Shown here in pieces: positions 1-9,306 of a stretch of 64,000 nt of DNA. The number at the start of each line of letters is the position of its first letter. The first letter of the stretch is position 1. The notes under the pieces were generated by a model. It searched no databases. It saw nothing but the letters and a program-made list of their open reading frames with translations, and was not told where the DNA came from. This DNA comes from an uncultured Planctomycetota bacterium (GTDB lineage Bacteria; Planctomycetota; Planctomycetia; Pirellulales; Lacipirellulaceae): contig CAVRBU010000004.1 in the NCBI GenBank assembly GCA_963719315.1, positions 775,944 to 839,943 on the forward strand, read 5' to 3'. The position numbers and the translations under genes are program-made.

Positions 1-790
1 GAGCGATGCCGCTCGCCTCGTGGCCCGGTATTCGTTTCAGCCCGCGCGCAAACAACACGTAGGGCAGCGCCATTTGTAGTGCGCCGAACGCCGCCAGAAA
101 AAGCCATTGAAAGCCGCTCGGCAACTGCGATTCCCCGAACGCGAACGGCGCCAACGCGATCGCCGTAACGAGGTGATTGATTGCCGCCAGCCACACGGAG
201 TTCAACCCGCGCAGCTGCCGCAGAGAGAGCACGACACCCGCATAGCAGAAGCTGGAGCCCAACCCCCACGCGACTGCATCCAGCCCCGCGCCGCGCGATT
301 CGAAATAAATCATTACGCCGATGCCAATCGCGGCGCACGCGACCATCAACCAGTCGCGCCAAATGGCCCGTTCGCCGAACGCGAACACGCCGACCAACAG
401 TACCCAAACCGGCGCGGTGCATTGCAGCCAAATGGCGTTGGCCGCGGAGCCTTTGACCATCGCCGTGAGATATGTGTAATTCATCCCGGCGAAGAGAAGC
501 GTCATCGGGATGAGATGCCACGTCCATTGCGGTCGGCGCACGAGCGGCCACAGCGCGAGGCAGGCGAACGACGCACGCCAAAACGCGATTCGCGGGCCCG
601 ACCAGCCAGCCAGATAGGGCGACTTCACGAAGAACCCGCTCGTGCTCCACAGCAGCGCCGCGACTAACACGAATATCCGGGCGCGAGAAACCGTGAGCCC
701 CCCAGCCGACCGATCGTGCTCGTCGAAAGCCGGACCAGCCGGAAGCGGCTGCTCGGGCTGAAACGGTTCTGGTATCGGTCCGTCATCCAT
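1..790 (-). CDS. EamA/DMT-family transporter (3' end runs off the window)
   Basis: Not in the ORF track; translated by hand from ATG at 790: MDDGPIPEPF...ARIFVLVAALLWSTSGFFVK...IAFWRASFA...MNYTYLTAMVKGSAANAIWLQCTAPVWVLLVG..FGER. This is the typical EamA multi-TM pattern. Confidence 0.85.
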   Translation of the reverse strand, partial: MDDGPIPEPFQPEQPLPAGPAFDEHDRSAGGLTVSRARIFVLVAALLWSTSGFFVKSPYLAGWSGPRIAFWRASFACLALWPLVRRPQWTWHLIPMTLLFAGMNYTYLTAMVKGSAANAIWLQCTAPVWVLLVGVFAFGERAIWRDWLMVACAAIGIGVMIYFESRGAGLDAVAWGLGSSFCYAGVVLSLRQLRGLNSVWLAAINHLVTAIALAPFAFGESQLPSGFQWLFLAAFGALQMALPYVLFARGLKRIPGHEASGIA

Positions 791-815
791 GATTTCAAAG
801 CGCGTAGTTACGCAA

Positions 816-865
816 TGGGTGGCTGGGGTGGAGTCCGCCGCGGCGGACGACCCCCCAGCGGCCCA
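816..865. repeat. GC-rich intergenic palindrome (REP-like hairpin)
   Basis: Perfect 16-bp palindrome GTCCGCCGCGGCGGAC (833-848) inside outer arms GCTGGGG/CCCCAGC and TGGG/CCCA. It lies between the SulP stop and the EamA start. Confidence 0.65.
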
Positions 866-907
866 CTCGTCGCGCAAAGTGCGAATATTGATCGAAGCTC
901 GGCGGCG

Positions 908-2743
908 TCAAATCAAATAATACCAGCCGTCTTTCTTGTTAAGGCTTTCCGCGTGCCGCGGGCAATGGTCGCAGACATCGTCGCCGATGAACTCATAGGC
1001 GAATCGCACCGCTTCGAGCGTGCTGGTCCAAAACCGGCCCGTTTCTTCGAACACGAACACGCGATCGGGGCCGAGCCGGCCAAGCAAGCCGCTGGAGTTG
1101 ATGACTTTGGCCAAGTCGGGCCGCACGCCGCACAACAACACGGTCACGTTCGCCTCATGCATCCGCTCCGTGAAGCGATCGAGAACGCTCATGCACACGG
1201 CATCCGGGTTGCGAGCCCGCTTGAGTCGCAAAATAACGACGCGCGCCCCCGCTTCGGCTTTTTCAGCGATCGCCTCCAAATGCTGCTCCAATTCCGGGGC
1301 CGCGCCAAAGAAAAACTCGCCTTCCAAACTGTAAATGAGGATCCGGCTGCAGGGAACATCCGTCGGCATTCGCTCGCGGATTACGCGCTCGGGCGTCATC
1401 GTCAGCTCGGTCATATGAACGCGGGCCGCCTGCGGAACATACAGCACGAACGACAGGAACACGCCGATCAACACGCAGAATTCCACCGAGACCGCGACGG
1501 CTGAAACGGCCGTCAACAAGACGATCCAAAAGTCGAACCGCGTGGTCCGTAGGTAGTACATGAGTTGCTGCCGATCGACCAGCCGCCAGGCGGAAAGCAT
1601 GAGAATGCCGGCCAGGCCCGCCTTGGGAATGAAGTACGCGTATGGCGCCAGCACGACGACCGTCACCGCGACCGCGGCCGCTGAAATTACGCCGGACCAC
1701 TGCGTGCGCCCGCCGGCTTGTTGGTTGATGGTCGAACGCGTGAGCGAGCCGGAGCCCGGGAAGCACTGGAACATACTGCCGACGACGTTGGCCACACCCT
1801 CGCTCAGACACTGTTGGTTGATATCGAGTTTCTGCCGAGTGACGGCGGCGATGGCCTTCGCCATCGAGATCGCTTCCAGTAATCCCAACAACGCGATCGC
1901 GAGGCTGCTGCTGGCCAACCGATGCACGTGCGACCAATCCACGCGCGGCAACTCGAACGACGGGAGCCTGGCCGGAATCTCGCCGATGATCTTGAGCCCC
2001 TGCTGATCCAGCCGCCAATTGGCGACGATGACCGTCGTGCAGATCAGCGCCAGCAACAACTCCGGCAGCCGCAGGCGAAACCAGGTATTGATCCCGCGCA
2101 GCGCAAGCGCGATGGCAACCGTCCCCAGCCCAATCAGCAACGCCGTCCAGTTAGTCTGGTCGATGTGCGAAAGCGTGAGCCACACACGCTTGAGAAAATG
2201 GTCCTCGCCGTTGCCCAGGCCGGGCAGTCCCAGCAAGTTCTTGAGCTGATCGAGCACCAGCAGCACGGCAGCGCCCAGCGTGAACCCGACGATCACCGCG
2301 TGCGACACAAAGCGGCTCAAGTCGCCCAGCCGCAACAGCGAGATCCCCGTTTGAATCACGCCCACCATCAACGCCAACAGGATGACCGCCGGAATCCGCT
2401 CGGCGTCGCCGAATCCTACCAACGCGCTCAACACGGCAATCGAAATCGCGTTGGTCGGCCCGTTGATCAGTTGCTTCGACGAATCGAGCAGCGCGCCGAC
2501 GGCCGTCATCACGATCGCCGTGTACAGCCCATATTGCGGCGGAATACCCGCGATCTGCGCGTAAGCTATCCCTTGCGGCACGGCCACTGCCGCAACGGTG
2601 AGCCCGGCCAGCGAGTCGCTCGAAAGATCGCGCCACGTATAGTGGCGCAGCGAATCGAATGCCGGCACCACTCGAAAGAAAAACTGGCTCAGACGATGCG
2701 AAGCGGACGGCGAAACGGCGGATGATGCTGAAGTTTCACCCAT
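908..2743 (-). CDS. SulP family inorganic anion (sulfate) transporter with C-terminal STAS domain
   Basis: DSLAGLTVAAVAVPQGIAYA..AGIPPQYGLY, SSKQLINGPT, PGSGSLTRS and STAS motif LEGEFFFGAA...VVILRLKR. Confidence 0.95.
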   Translation of the reverse strand: MGETSASSAVSPSASHRLSQFFFRVVPAFDSLRHYTWRDLSSDSLAGLTVAAVAVPQGIAYAQIAGIPPQYGLYTAIVMTAVGALLDSSKQLINGPTNAISIAVLSALVGFGDAERIPAVILLALMVGVIQTGISLLRLGDLSRFVSHAVIVGFTLGAAVLLVLDQLKNLLGLPGLGNGEDHFLKRVWLTLSHIDQTNWTALLIGLGTVAIALALRGINTWFRLRLPELLLALICTTVIVANWRLDQQGLKIIGEIPARLPSFELPRVDWSHVHRLASSSLAIALLGLLEAISMAKAIAAVTRQKLDINQQCLSEGVANVVGSMFQCFPGSGSLTRSTINQQAGGRTQWSGVISAAAVAVTVVVLAPYAYFIPKAGLAGILMLSAWRLVDRQQLMYYLRTTRFDFWIVLLTAVSAVAVSVEFCVLIGVFLSFVLYVPQAARVHMTELTMTPERVIRERMPTDVPCSRILIYSLEGEFFFGAAPELEQHLEAIAEKAEAGARVVILRLKRARNPDAVCMSVLDRFTERMHEANVTVLLCGVRPDLAKVINSSGLLGRLGPDRVFVFEETGRFWTSTLEAVRFAYEFIGDDVCDHCPRHAESLNKKDGWYYLI

Positions 2744-2884
2744 TCAACGAGGCCTGGTTGCTCACTCGCAATTCGACCAACAGTAGGCCCCCGCGACGTG
2801 CGCCGAAGGAAGATAGTGGGTGCAGCCCGCCAGATCGACACGGCTCATTCTAAAAACCGAGCGCAATCGTAGCAACAGCGGTCG

Positions 2885-3094
2885 CCCCAGTAGGTCCCGC
2901 CTGCCGGGCGGGACCTGTCCCGGCTACAATCGATCCACTCGCACGTAGATCCCCAGTAGGTCCCGCCTGCCGGGCGGGACCTCGCACCACCACAACCAAC
3001 AACACCGGCTCAGCTCCCGCTTGCCGGGCGGGACCTGTCCAAGTGCAAACACTACACTCAATGCAAAGGTCCCGCTCGGCAAGCGGGACCTACT
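2885..3094. repeat. Cluster of four GTAG-type REP hairpins (three direct, last one inverted; REPIN-like doublet at 3011-3094)
   Basis: CCCCAGTAGGTCCCGCCTGCCGGGCGGGACCT at 2885-2916 and 2951-2982. Degenerate copy at about 3011-3036. Inverted copy AGGTCCCGCTCGGCAAGCGGGACCTACT at 3067-3094. GTAG precedes a GTCCCGC/GCGGGAC stem. Confidence 0.9.
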
Positions 3095-3099
3095 AAGCA

Positions 3100-3432
3100 A
3101 TGACTGACGCCGCCATTCAGGCTTTCATTGATCGCTGGTCCCCCTCCGGCGGCGCCGAACGCGCCAATTACGCCCTCTTCCTCAGCGAACTTTGTGACGT
3201 TTTAGAAGTCCCACATCCTGAACCCACGCACCCCGAAGATGATGACAATGCCTACGTCTTCGAGCGCCGCGTCGTCTTCATCAACCCCGATGGTACCCAC
3301 TCCTTCGGCCGCATCGACCTCTACAAACGCGGCTGCTTCATCCTCGAAACCAAACAAGGCATTGAAAAGAAAGACGATGTAGAGTTGCTGTCCGCCGCCA
3401 GCCAGGAACGAAAGAAGTGCCGCAAGAAAGGC
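3100..3432 (+). pseudogene. N-terminal (PD-ExK nuclease) fragment of an MmeI-like type IIL restriction-modification enzyme
   Basis: FIDRW...GGAERANYALFLSELCDVLEV..P...YVFER.V....GRIDLYKRGCFILETKQG is the MmeI/YeeA-type N-terminus. Similarity stops at about RKKG (3432). The ORF then continues into unrelated sequence to 3570. Confidence 0.85.
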
Positions 3433-3611
3433 CTCTGGAATCGCGGTGGCCCTGGGTGTCACGGCTCGCGACATCTGCGGTTGGATACTCCTAAACGTAT
3501 TCGCAGTTCCGTTTGGGGCATTGATGTTGGTGACAGGTTTAGGACTAAGGGCACAACATCGCGCGACTAAGCGAACCGTTGCGGAAATTCAGCCTGTAAG
3601 TTAGGTGACAA

Positions 3612-4238
3612 ATGATTTTGGAAATTGCAAAACAGTTATCGTTGTTCACCGTTGGTGCCGGTTTGCTGACGTTTCTAGTCCAATCACTCGCCAAGCACTT
3701 GTTGTCCAAAGACATTGAAACCTTTAAGGCCAATCTACAGATGGCGAGTGTTGAACACGAGATTGCCTACCGGAGATTAGATGCAAGGTTTGACGAGTAT
3801 TTGGTACGTGTGTGCCAGCTTCTCTACAGTTTCTACGATAGAGTCCGCGACTACTTAGCCGATATTGGCCCAGAAGAAGCACCGTTTCCCGAAGAGAAGC
3901 TGAAAGCCATTACTACGGCGAGTAATCAGTTTTGGGATTATTTCCTGAATAACCGTATCTATATCCCGCCTGCTTTGTACTGCAAGATGCGTGAATTGGC
4001 CGTAACGCTACGGAGGATAATGTCTGCCAACGGTCGGAACGAAAAAGCAGAGCGTATGGGGGCAGAACGAAGCGAAGCTAAGTTTGAGGAGCCTCACCGA
4101 ATGTTAGAGCAGGAAGCCACCCCATTATTTAAGGAAGTGGAAGCTGCCGTGCAAAAGAGATTAGGGGGTCAAAGACTAGTGGGGCTGCGGCATGAGATTC
4201 TTCAAAACGAAAAAAGATGCAGTCGAATTCAGCCGTGA
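3612..4238 (+). CDS. Hypothetical protein with N-terminal TM helix and helical body
   Basis: 208-aa ORF in AT-richer DNA; hydrophobic LSLFTVGAGLLTFLVQSLA followed by a coiled/helical region. May really end near 4179 if the G5 run at about 4164 has one extra G. Confidence 0.7.
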   Translation: MILEIAKQLSLFTVGAGLLTFLVQSLAKHLLSKDIETFKANLQMASVEHEIAYRRLDARFDEYLVRVCQLLYSFYDRVRDYLADIGPEEAPFPEEKLKAITTASNQFWDYFLNNRIYIPPALYCKMRELAVTLRRIMSANGRNEKAERMGAERSEAKFEEPHRMLEQEATPLFKEVEAAVQKRLGGQRLVGLRHEILQNEKRCSRIQP

Positions 4239-4860
4239 TTTCTACGAAACGTATTTGTTCGGCCCGAAAATCGGCGGACTAGACCCGGTAGCGGTGTACG
4301 CCGAGACGGTATATCGCACAATATCTAAAGACGATGCAATGTTTTCTGCCGTTCAACTGCCCAAACTCAGAGACGAGTTGCTTGGGTTACAGCTTGAAAT
4401 GATCGGCACGGCCTGGACCTACAAATCTAAAGAGCCAGCCGCTATGGCTAATAGCAACTTCACAAGAAAATATCTTGCCGACATGGGCCGGTCAGACTTG
4501 TGGGAAATAATGGGCGAATACAACCACCGGGTTGCGGATTCGGCGTCATACGCTATTGACCCAAAAAGTCGTTTGGGACGCGCCCAGAGAGTTTTTCTAA
4601 ACGAAATGCGTACCGGAAAATTTGATACGTGGCACGAAAAGGGAATTTATGACAGTCAGGCTATCGCACGAGTCGTTAATCGACTGGGGACAGATACAGC
4701 CTGGAACAAAGGTTTAACACCGGGCATGATTGGAATAAGAGCGATGCTGCGGCTAGATATTGAAGGGACTGATTTAATCGGCGAGAGACTAGCTGCGGTT
4801 GCCTATGGATTTTACACGGGTGCTGAGGAAGCATTGGACTGGGTGAAACTCACGGCCTAA
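4192..4860 (+). CDS. Hypothetical protein
   Basis: 222-aa ORF with protein-like composition and no long competing ORF; no family recognised. Confidence 0.7.
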   Translation: MRFFKTKKDAVEFSRDFYETYLFGPKIGGLDPVAVYAETVYRTISKDDAMFSAVQLPKLRDELLGLQLEMIGTAWTYKSKEPAAMANSNFTRKYLADMGRSDLWEIMGEYNHRVADSASYAIDPKSRLGRAQRVFLNEMRTGKFDTWHEKGIYDSQAIARVVNRLGTDTAWNKGLTPGMIGIRAMLRLDIEGTDLIGERLAAVAYGFYTGAEEALDWVKLTA

Positions 4861-4934
4861 CATCTTCGGTGGTTGCTTGCTACAACTATGCTACAACGCT
4901 CAAATGAACATACCTGTATAGCGCTTGCTGCCTC

Positions 4935-5345
4935 CTTTTAACCCGTTTCCATTCCCGTCGACGAGTAACGACAAACCGTCCCGCATCCGCGAACTCGGCG
5001 AACAACTCGACGCCCATCGTAAACGTCAGCAGGAGTTGCATCCCACGCTCACGATGACCGGCATGTACAACGTCCTCGAAAAGCTCCGCGCCGGCGAGCC
5101 GCTCACCACAAAAGAACAAACGATTCACGAGCAGGGACTCGTCTCCGTCCTCCGCCAGATTCACGAGGACCTCGACGCCGCCGTTGCCGACGCCTACGGC
5201 TGGCCCGTCGACCTCGCCGACGAAGAAATCCTCGCCCGCCTCGTCGCCCTCAACCACCAACGGGCCGAAGAAGAACGCCGCGGCCTCGTCCGCTGGCTCC
5301 GCCCCGATTTCCAAAACCCCACCGGCCAACAACAGGCCTCAATTC
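4935..5345 (+). pseudogene. C-terminal fragment of the same MmeI-like type IIL enzyme
   Basis: FNPFPFP...[100 protein letters not shown]. This is the characteristic MmeI-family C-terminal region. No proper start; drifts into non-coding DNA after about 5345. Confidence 0.85.
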
Positions 5346-5454
5346 CCCTCTCTGATAGGGAGGGGCTAAGCTATAGTCAGATGTCTGATGCTGCGCATCA
5401 ACGGATCGAGTCCCCCTTCCCACTTCCCCACGCCAAATGCGTGACAACTTACAG

Positions 5455-5660
5455 CTTTTTAAGAAGCAAACTCCCCGACTTATGTGCGCTCCGTATCACC
5501 GCAAACGCTGGATTTCTCGACTGTCTCGCATCGATCGCCGAGCAGAAGTCGAGTGTTTTGCACGCGGAAAAAAAATTTCCTCTTGTTGGGCGAAATTCAA
5601 AGCCTTGACCCGTAAGGAGTTAGACGGCGAGTGCCGCGCAGACGCGCGATCAAAAGTCGA
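5455..5660. repeat. Dispersed ~200-bp non-coding element, copy A
   Basis: Motif blocks AGCAAACTC (5465), CTGGATTTC (5508), TTTTGCACGCG+A8+TTTCC (5556), CCTTG-N6-AA.GAGTT (5603) and AGTGC (5630). They recur colinearly at 51288-51480. Confidence 0.8.
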
Positions 5661-5686
5661 TAGACGCTGAGGGGCTTTGCCTCAAC

Positions 5687-5773
5687 AGTAGGTCCCGCCT
5701 GCCGGGCTGGACCTTGGCGTCGTCGCAAAGTCCGATGATTCGCAAAGGTCCCGTCCGGCAGACAGGACCCACA
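5687..5773. repeat. REP doublet (REPIN-like), same family as 2885-3094
   Basis: AGTAGGTCCCGCCTGCCGGGCTGGACCT (5687-5714) and an inverted degenerate copy AGGTCCCGTCCGGCAGACAGGACCCAC (from 5746). Spacer about 31 bp, like the ~30-bp spacer of the 3011-3094 doublet. Confidence 0.85.
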
Positions 5774-7022
5774 AGAACAAAAGAATACAATGATTGTCCT
5801 TGGCGATCTTGGCGGTTTAGTCGTTTTGTCAGAAGCTTTTAGTGGCCAATCGTTGGGGCGAAAGGAACTCGATGTCGTGCGGAGTTTGCCCGTCCAGAGT
5901 CAGTTGGGACATGATCTCTCCCAATACGGAAGTGAACTTGAAACCGTGGCCAGAGAGTCCGGCTGTGAAAACGACTTGGGGATGGTCCGGGTGGCTGCCA
6001 ACCAAAAAATGTTCATCGGGGGTCATCGTGTACATGCACACGGCGTGATTGACGCAGGTCTTGGTAACGCCGGGCAGGTGTTGCGACAAACAGGCTTCGA
6101 TCCGCCGCTGATCGTCCACATGCAGCGTGCGATCGACGTGAAGTGGATCTTCAACGACGGTCTCTTGAGAATGTTCGGCAATCTTCACGCCAAGATTTCC
6201 CGATTGCGGAAAACCGTAAAAATAACCGCCTAGCGTTTCAAAGAAAAAACAGGGGCAGCCAGAATCGACTCGATACGCCGGGTCGTCGGTTTGGTACCAG
6301 AACAAAGGCTTACGCAAGACACGGAACGGCACTCCTAAAGAATTGAGCAAGTCGCTAGCCCAAGCGCCGGCCGTAATCACCAGACGATCGGCGGAAAAGT
6401 CACCTTGGTCGGTCTCTACTCTTATCGCGGGCCCATCGGCTTTCCATTGGCGCACGGCCACGCCGCATCGCAATTCTGCCCCCGCCCGCACGGCGGCATC
6501 GATGTGGGCCTGCACACAATTCTCGACCAACAGATAACCTGCCTGCTTTTCGAAAATAGCAGCAAACGACTCGGGAACGCGATAGCCGGGCCAACGAGCC
6601 ATCGCTTCAGTCGCCGTAAGCTGCTCGACGGCGAGGTCGTGCTCGGCCGCCGATCGCAAGATACCGGAAAGCACGTCACCCTGCGGCGGGCCAGCGAACA
6701 GCAGGCCCACTTCATAATAGAGTTTCTGCTGCGCTTGCTGTTCGAGTTCCTTCCACAATTCATACGCCCGCTTCAACAACGGGACATAGTCGGGATGTTC
6801 ATGGTACGCCAGGCGGATGATCCGCGTTTGACCGTGCGAACTTCCTCGATCGTGAGCCGGAGGAAAGCGATCGAGCCCCAAAACTCGCGCGCTGGAGATC
6901 GGCATTGAAACGGGACCCACCTGGGGTGCGGAATCGGCATTGAAAAGGGACCCACCGCAGCGGACTTCGTAAGCTGGATTCCCGGTTTTTAAACTGGGGA
7001 ATTCAGCGAAGCGGAGTCAAGG

Positions 7023-8729
7023 ATGCTGAAGGTGGAGGATTACGGCAGGATACGTCGTGCTCATCGCGATGGCATGAGCATTCGGGAGATCGCCCGGACG
7101 TTTGGGCATTCGCGACGAAAGATCCGCGAGGCACTGGCGCAGGCAGAGCCGCGGCCTTACACGCTGTCGCTACCGCGACCGCGGCGGGTGCTGACCGATG
7201 TGCACCAGCAATGGATCGGCGCGATTCTCGTCGAAGATGAGCAGGCGCCTCGCAAGCAACGTCACACAGGAGCGCAACTCTTTCGGCGGCTGCGGGACGA
7301 AGAGCAGTACGTCGGCAGCTACGACCAGGTGCGAAGGTACGTGGCCGCGACGCGGGGGCGGCAGCGCGAAACGTTTCTCCCTTTGTCGTACGAGCCAGGC
7401 CAACGGGCCGAGAGCGACTTCGGTCAGATCTGGGTCGACTTCCCGGAAGGCAGGCGCCAGGTTCCGATCCTGCTGGTGACGTGGGCCTACTCGAACGCCA
7501 CCTTTATGATTGCGCTGCCGAGCGAAAAGACCGAGGCGATCCTGCATGGCACGGTGGCGGCGTTTGCGTTTTTTCGTTGCGTGCCCAAAGAACTGTGGTG
7601 GGATAATCCAAGAACCGTTGCGACCACGATTCTGCGTGGCCGCCAACGGGAGTTGAACCAGCGCTGGCAGGCGCTGGCCAGTCACTACAACTTCGAGCCG
7701 TTGTTCTGCCTGCCGGCTCGCGGTAACGAAAAGCCGCACGTCGAGAACCGGGTGAAGCTGTTGGAGCGCCAGTGGGCGACGCCGGTCCCTCAAGTGAAGG
7801 ATCTGACAGAGCTAAATGCCTACCTGCTTCAATGCTGCGAGCGGGATGCTCGGCGGACGATTGCGGGCCACAGCGAAACGATCGGCGCGCGCTTCGCGAC
7901 AGAGCAGATTAGCGCCTTGCCGCTGCCCGAGCGCCCGTTTGAAGCCGCCGTGAGCGAGGTCCGTCAAGTCGACAAGTACCAGACGGTCGCCTGGGAGAAG
8001 AATCGCTACAGCGTGCCGCGGCGGCATGCGTTCGCCACGGTCACGGTAAAAGCCACTATCGATCGCATCGAAGTCATCCGCGACGGCCAGCGGATTGCCC
8101 GGCACGAGCGCTCCTACGGACAGGGCGAGCAAGTGCTCGATCCGCTGCACTACCTGTCCACTCTGGGAGTGAAGCCAGCCTATTTGGATCACACTAACGT
8201 CTACCGCAATTGGCGTCTGCCGGCGGCGTTTACCCAGTTGCGCGAACATTTTGAAACACGCCACGGATCGTTGCCGGGCGCTCGGCAATTCATCCGCGTG
8301 CTGCAGCTGTTGGCAGAGCACCCGCTGACTCGGGTTGAGCAGGCCATCCAGGCCTGCCGCGGCGACGGCGTCGTCACGGCCGAGCGGATTGCTGGGCTCT
8401 GCGAGCGACTGGCGCTGCGCTCCACCCGCGGCGAAGCGAACCTAATCGGGCAGCTGCGATCGATTCCTGCGGTGCAAGTCCCGCTGCCGGACTTGCGCCG
8501 CTTTGACTCGTTACTCTCTCACGGAGGAGAAGATCATGGCCCAGAAAGAAACGCCCCTGTTACTGCGTTCGAACCTCAAGGCGCTACGCCTGCCGACGAT
8601 GCTGGCCGAGTATGGCAAGCTCGCCGGGGAAGCGACCAACAGCAACCAGGACTACCTCGACTATCTGTTGCGCCTGACGGAGTTGGAGTTAGCCACACGC
8701 AGTGCCAATGCTCTGCAGGCGCACATTAA
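7023..8729 (+). CDS. istA: IS21-family transposase IstA
   Basis: N-terminal HTH (GMSIREIARTFGHSRRKIR). DDE core (AESDFG...WWDNP...GNEKPHVENRV). C-terminal VAWEKNRYSVP. Confidence 0.95.
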   Translation: MLKVEDYGRIRRAHRDGMSIREIARTFGHSRRKIREALAQAEPRPYTLSLPRPRRVLTDVHQQWIGAILVEDEQAPRKQRHTGAQLFRRLRDEEQYVGSYDQVRRYVAATRGRQRETFLPLSYEPGQRAESDFGQIWVDFPEGRRQVPILLVTWAYSNATFMIALPSEKTEAILHGTVAAFAFFRCVPKELWWDNPRTVATTILRGRQRELNQRWQALASHYNFEPLFCLPARGNEKPHVENRVKLLERQWATPVPQVKDLTELNAYLLQCCERDARRTIAGHSETIGARFATEQISALPLPERPFEAAVSEVRQVDKYQTVAWEKNRYSVPRRHAFATVTVKATIDRIEVIRDGQRIARHERSYGQGEQVLDPLHYLSTLGVKPAYLDHTNVYRNWRLPAAFTQLREHFETRHGSLPGARQFIRVLQLLAEHPLTRVEQAIQACRGDGVVTAERIAGLCERLALRSTRGEANLIGQLRSIPAVQVPLPDLRRFDSLLSHGGEDHGPERNAPVTAFEPQGATPADDAGRVWQARRGSDQQQPGLPRLSVAPDGVGVSHTQCQCSAGAH

Positions 8730-9306
8730 ACAGGCTGGCTTCCCGGTGCAGAAGGACCTCGATGCATTCGACTTTAGCGCGGCGCCCGGCCTCTCGAAGC
8801 CCAAGATCCTGGAACTGGCCCGCTGCGGCTGGATTGATCAGCGTCAGAACTGCTGCCTGTTGGGTAGTTCGGGAACTGGAAAAACGCATCTGGCCATCGC
8901 CTTGGGCCTGGCCGCCTGCCGACTGGGCAAGCGAGTCCGCTTCTTTACCGCTGCCACACTGGTCAATCGCTTGGAAGAGACGCAGAAGCAGTACCAGCTC
9001 GAGCGATTGTTGAAGCAGCTCGACAAGCTCGATCTGCTTGTCTGCGACGAGCTCGGTTATCTCTCGTTCAATCGCAGCGGAGCGGAACTGCTGTTCCAGG
9101 TATTCGCCGATCGCTACGAGCGATCCAGCCTGTTGATCACCAGCAACTTGCCGTTCAGCGAATGGCAGCAGGTGTTTCAGGGAGAACGGATGACAGCTGC
9201 TCTCTTGGACCGGCTGACGCACCACTGCGAAATCTTTGAGATGAACGGTGAAAGCTACCGCTTCCGGGAGTCGATGAAACAAAAGCGAACCACCAAGGGC
9301 AAGTAG
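8536..9306 (+). CDS. istB: IS21-family helper ATPase IstB
   Basis: Walker A GSSGTGKTHLA, Walker B LLVCDELGY, ITSNLPFSEW, LLDRLTHH. GGAGGA RBS before ATG 8536. Confidence 0.95.
   Translation: MAQKETPLLLRSNLKALRLPTMLAEYGKLAGEATNSNQDYLDYLLRLTELELATRSANALQAHIKQAGFPVQKDLDAFDFSAAPGLSKPKILELARCGWIDQRQNCCLLGSSGTGKTHLAIALGLAACRLGKRVRFFTAATLVNRLEETQKQYQLERLLKQLDKLDLLVCDELGYLSFNRSGAELLFQVFADRYERSSLLITSNLPFSEWQQVFQGERMTAALLDRLTHHCEIFEMNGESYRFRESMKQKRTTKGK

Noticed and set aside
107..2725. Long plus-strand ORFs (107-667, 716-1504, 1922-2725)
   Set aside because: Antisense shadows of EamA and SulP in GC-rich DNA, with Arg/Pro/Gln-rich non-protein-like composition.
908..2743. SulP as the sulfate transporter of the sulfatase locus
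   Set aside because: It is separated by the R-M relic and lies outside the bracketed region; only proximity supports the link.
2885..3094. Mini CRISPR array (32-bp repeats with ~30-34-bp gaps)
   Set aside because: The last copy is inverted, the same unit recurs as an inverted doublet at 5687-5773, it has GTAG + hairpin REP architecture, and there are no cas genes.
5343..5368. Terminator TCCCCTCTCTGATAGGGAGGGG
   Set aside because: Imperfect stem without a U-tract; more likely a decayed REP-like repeat at the truncation point of the R-M relic.
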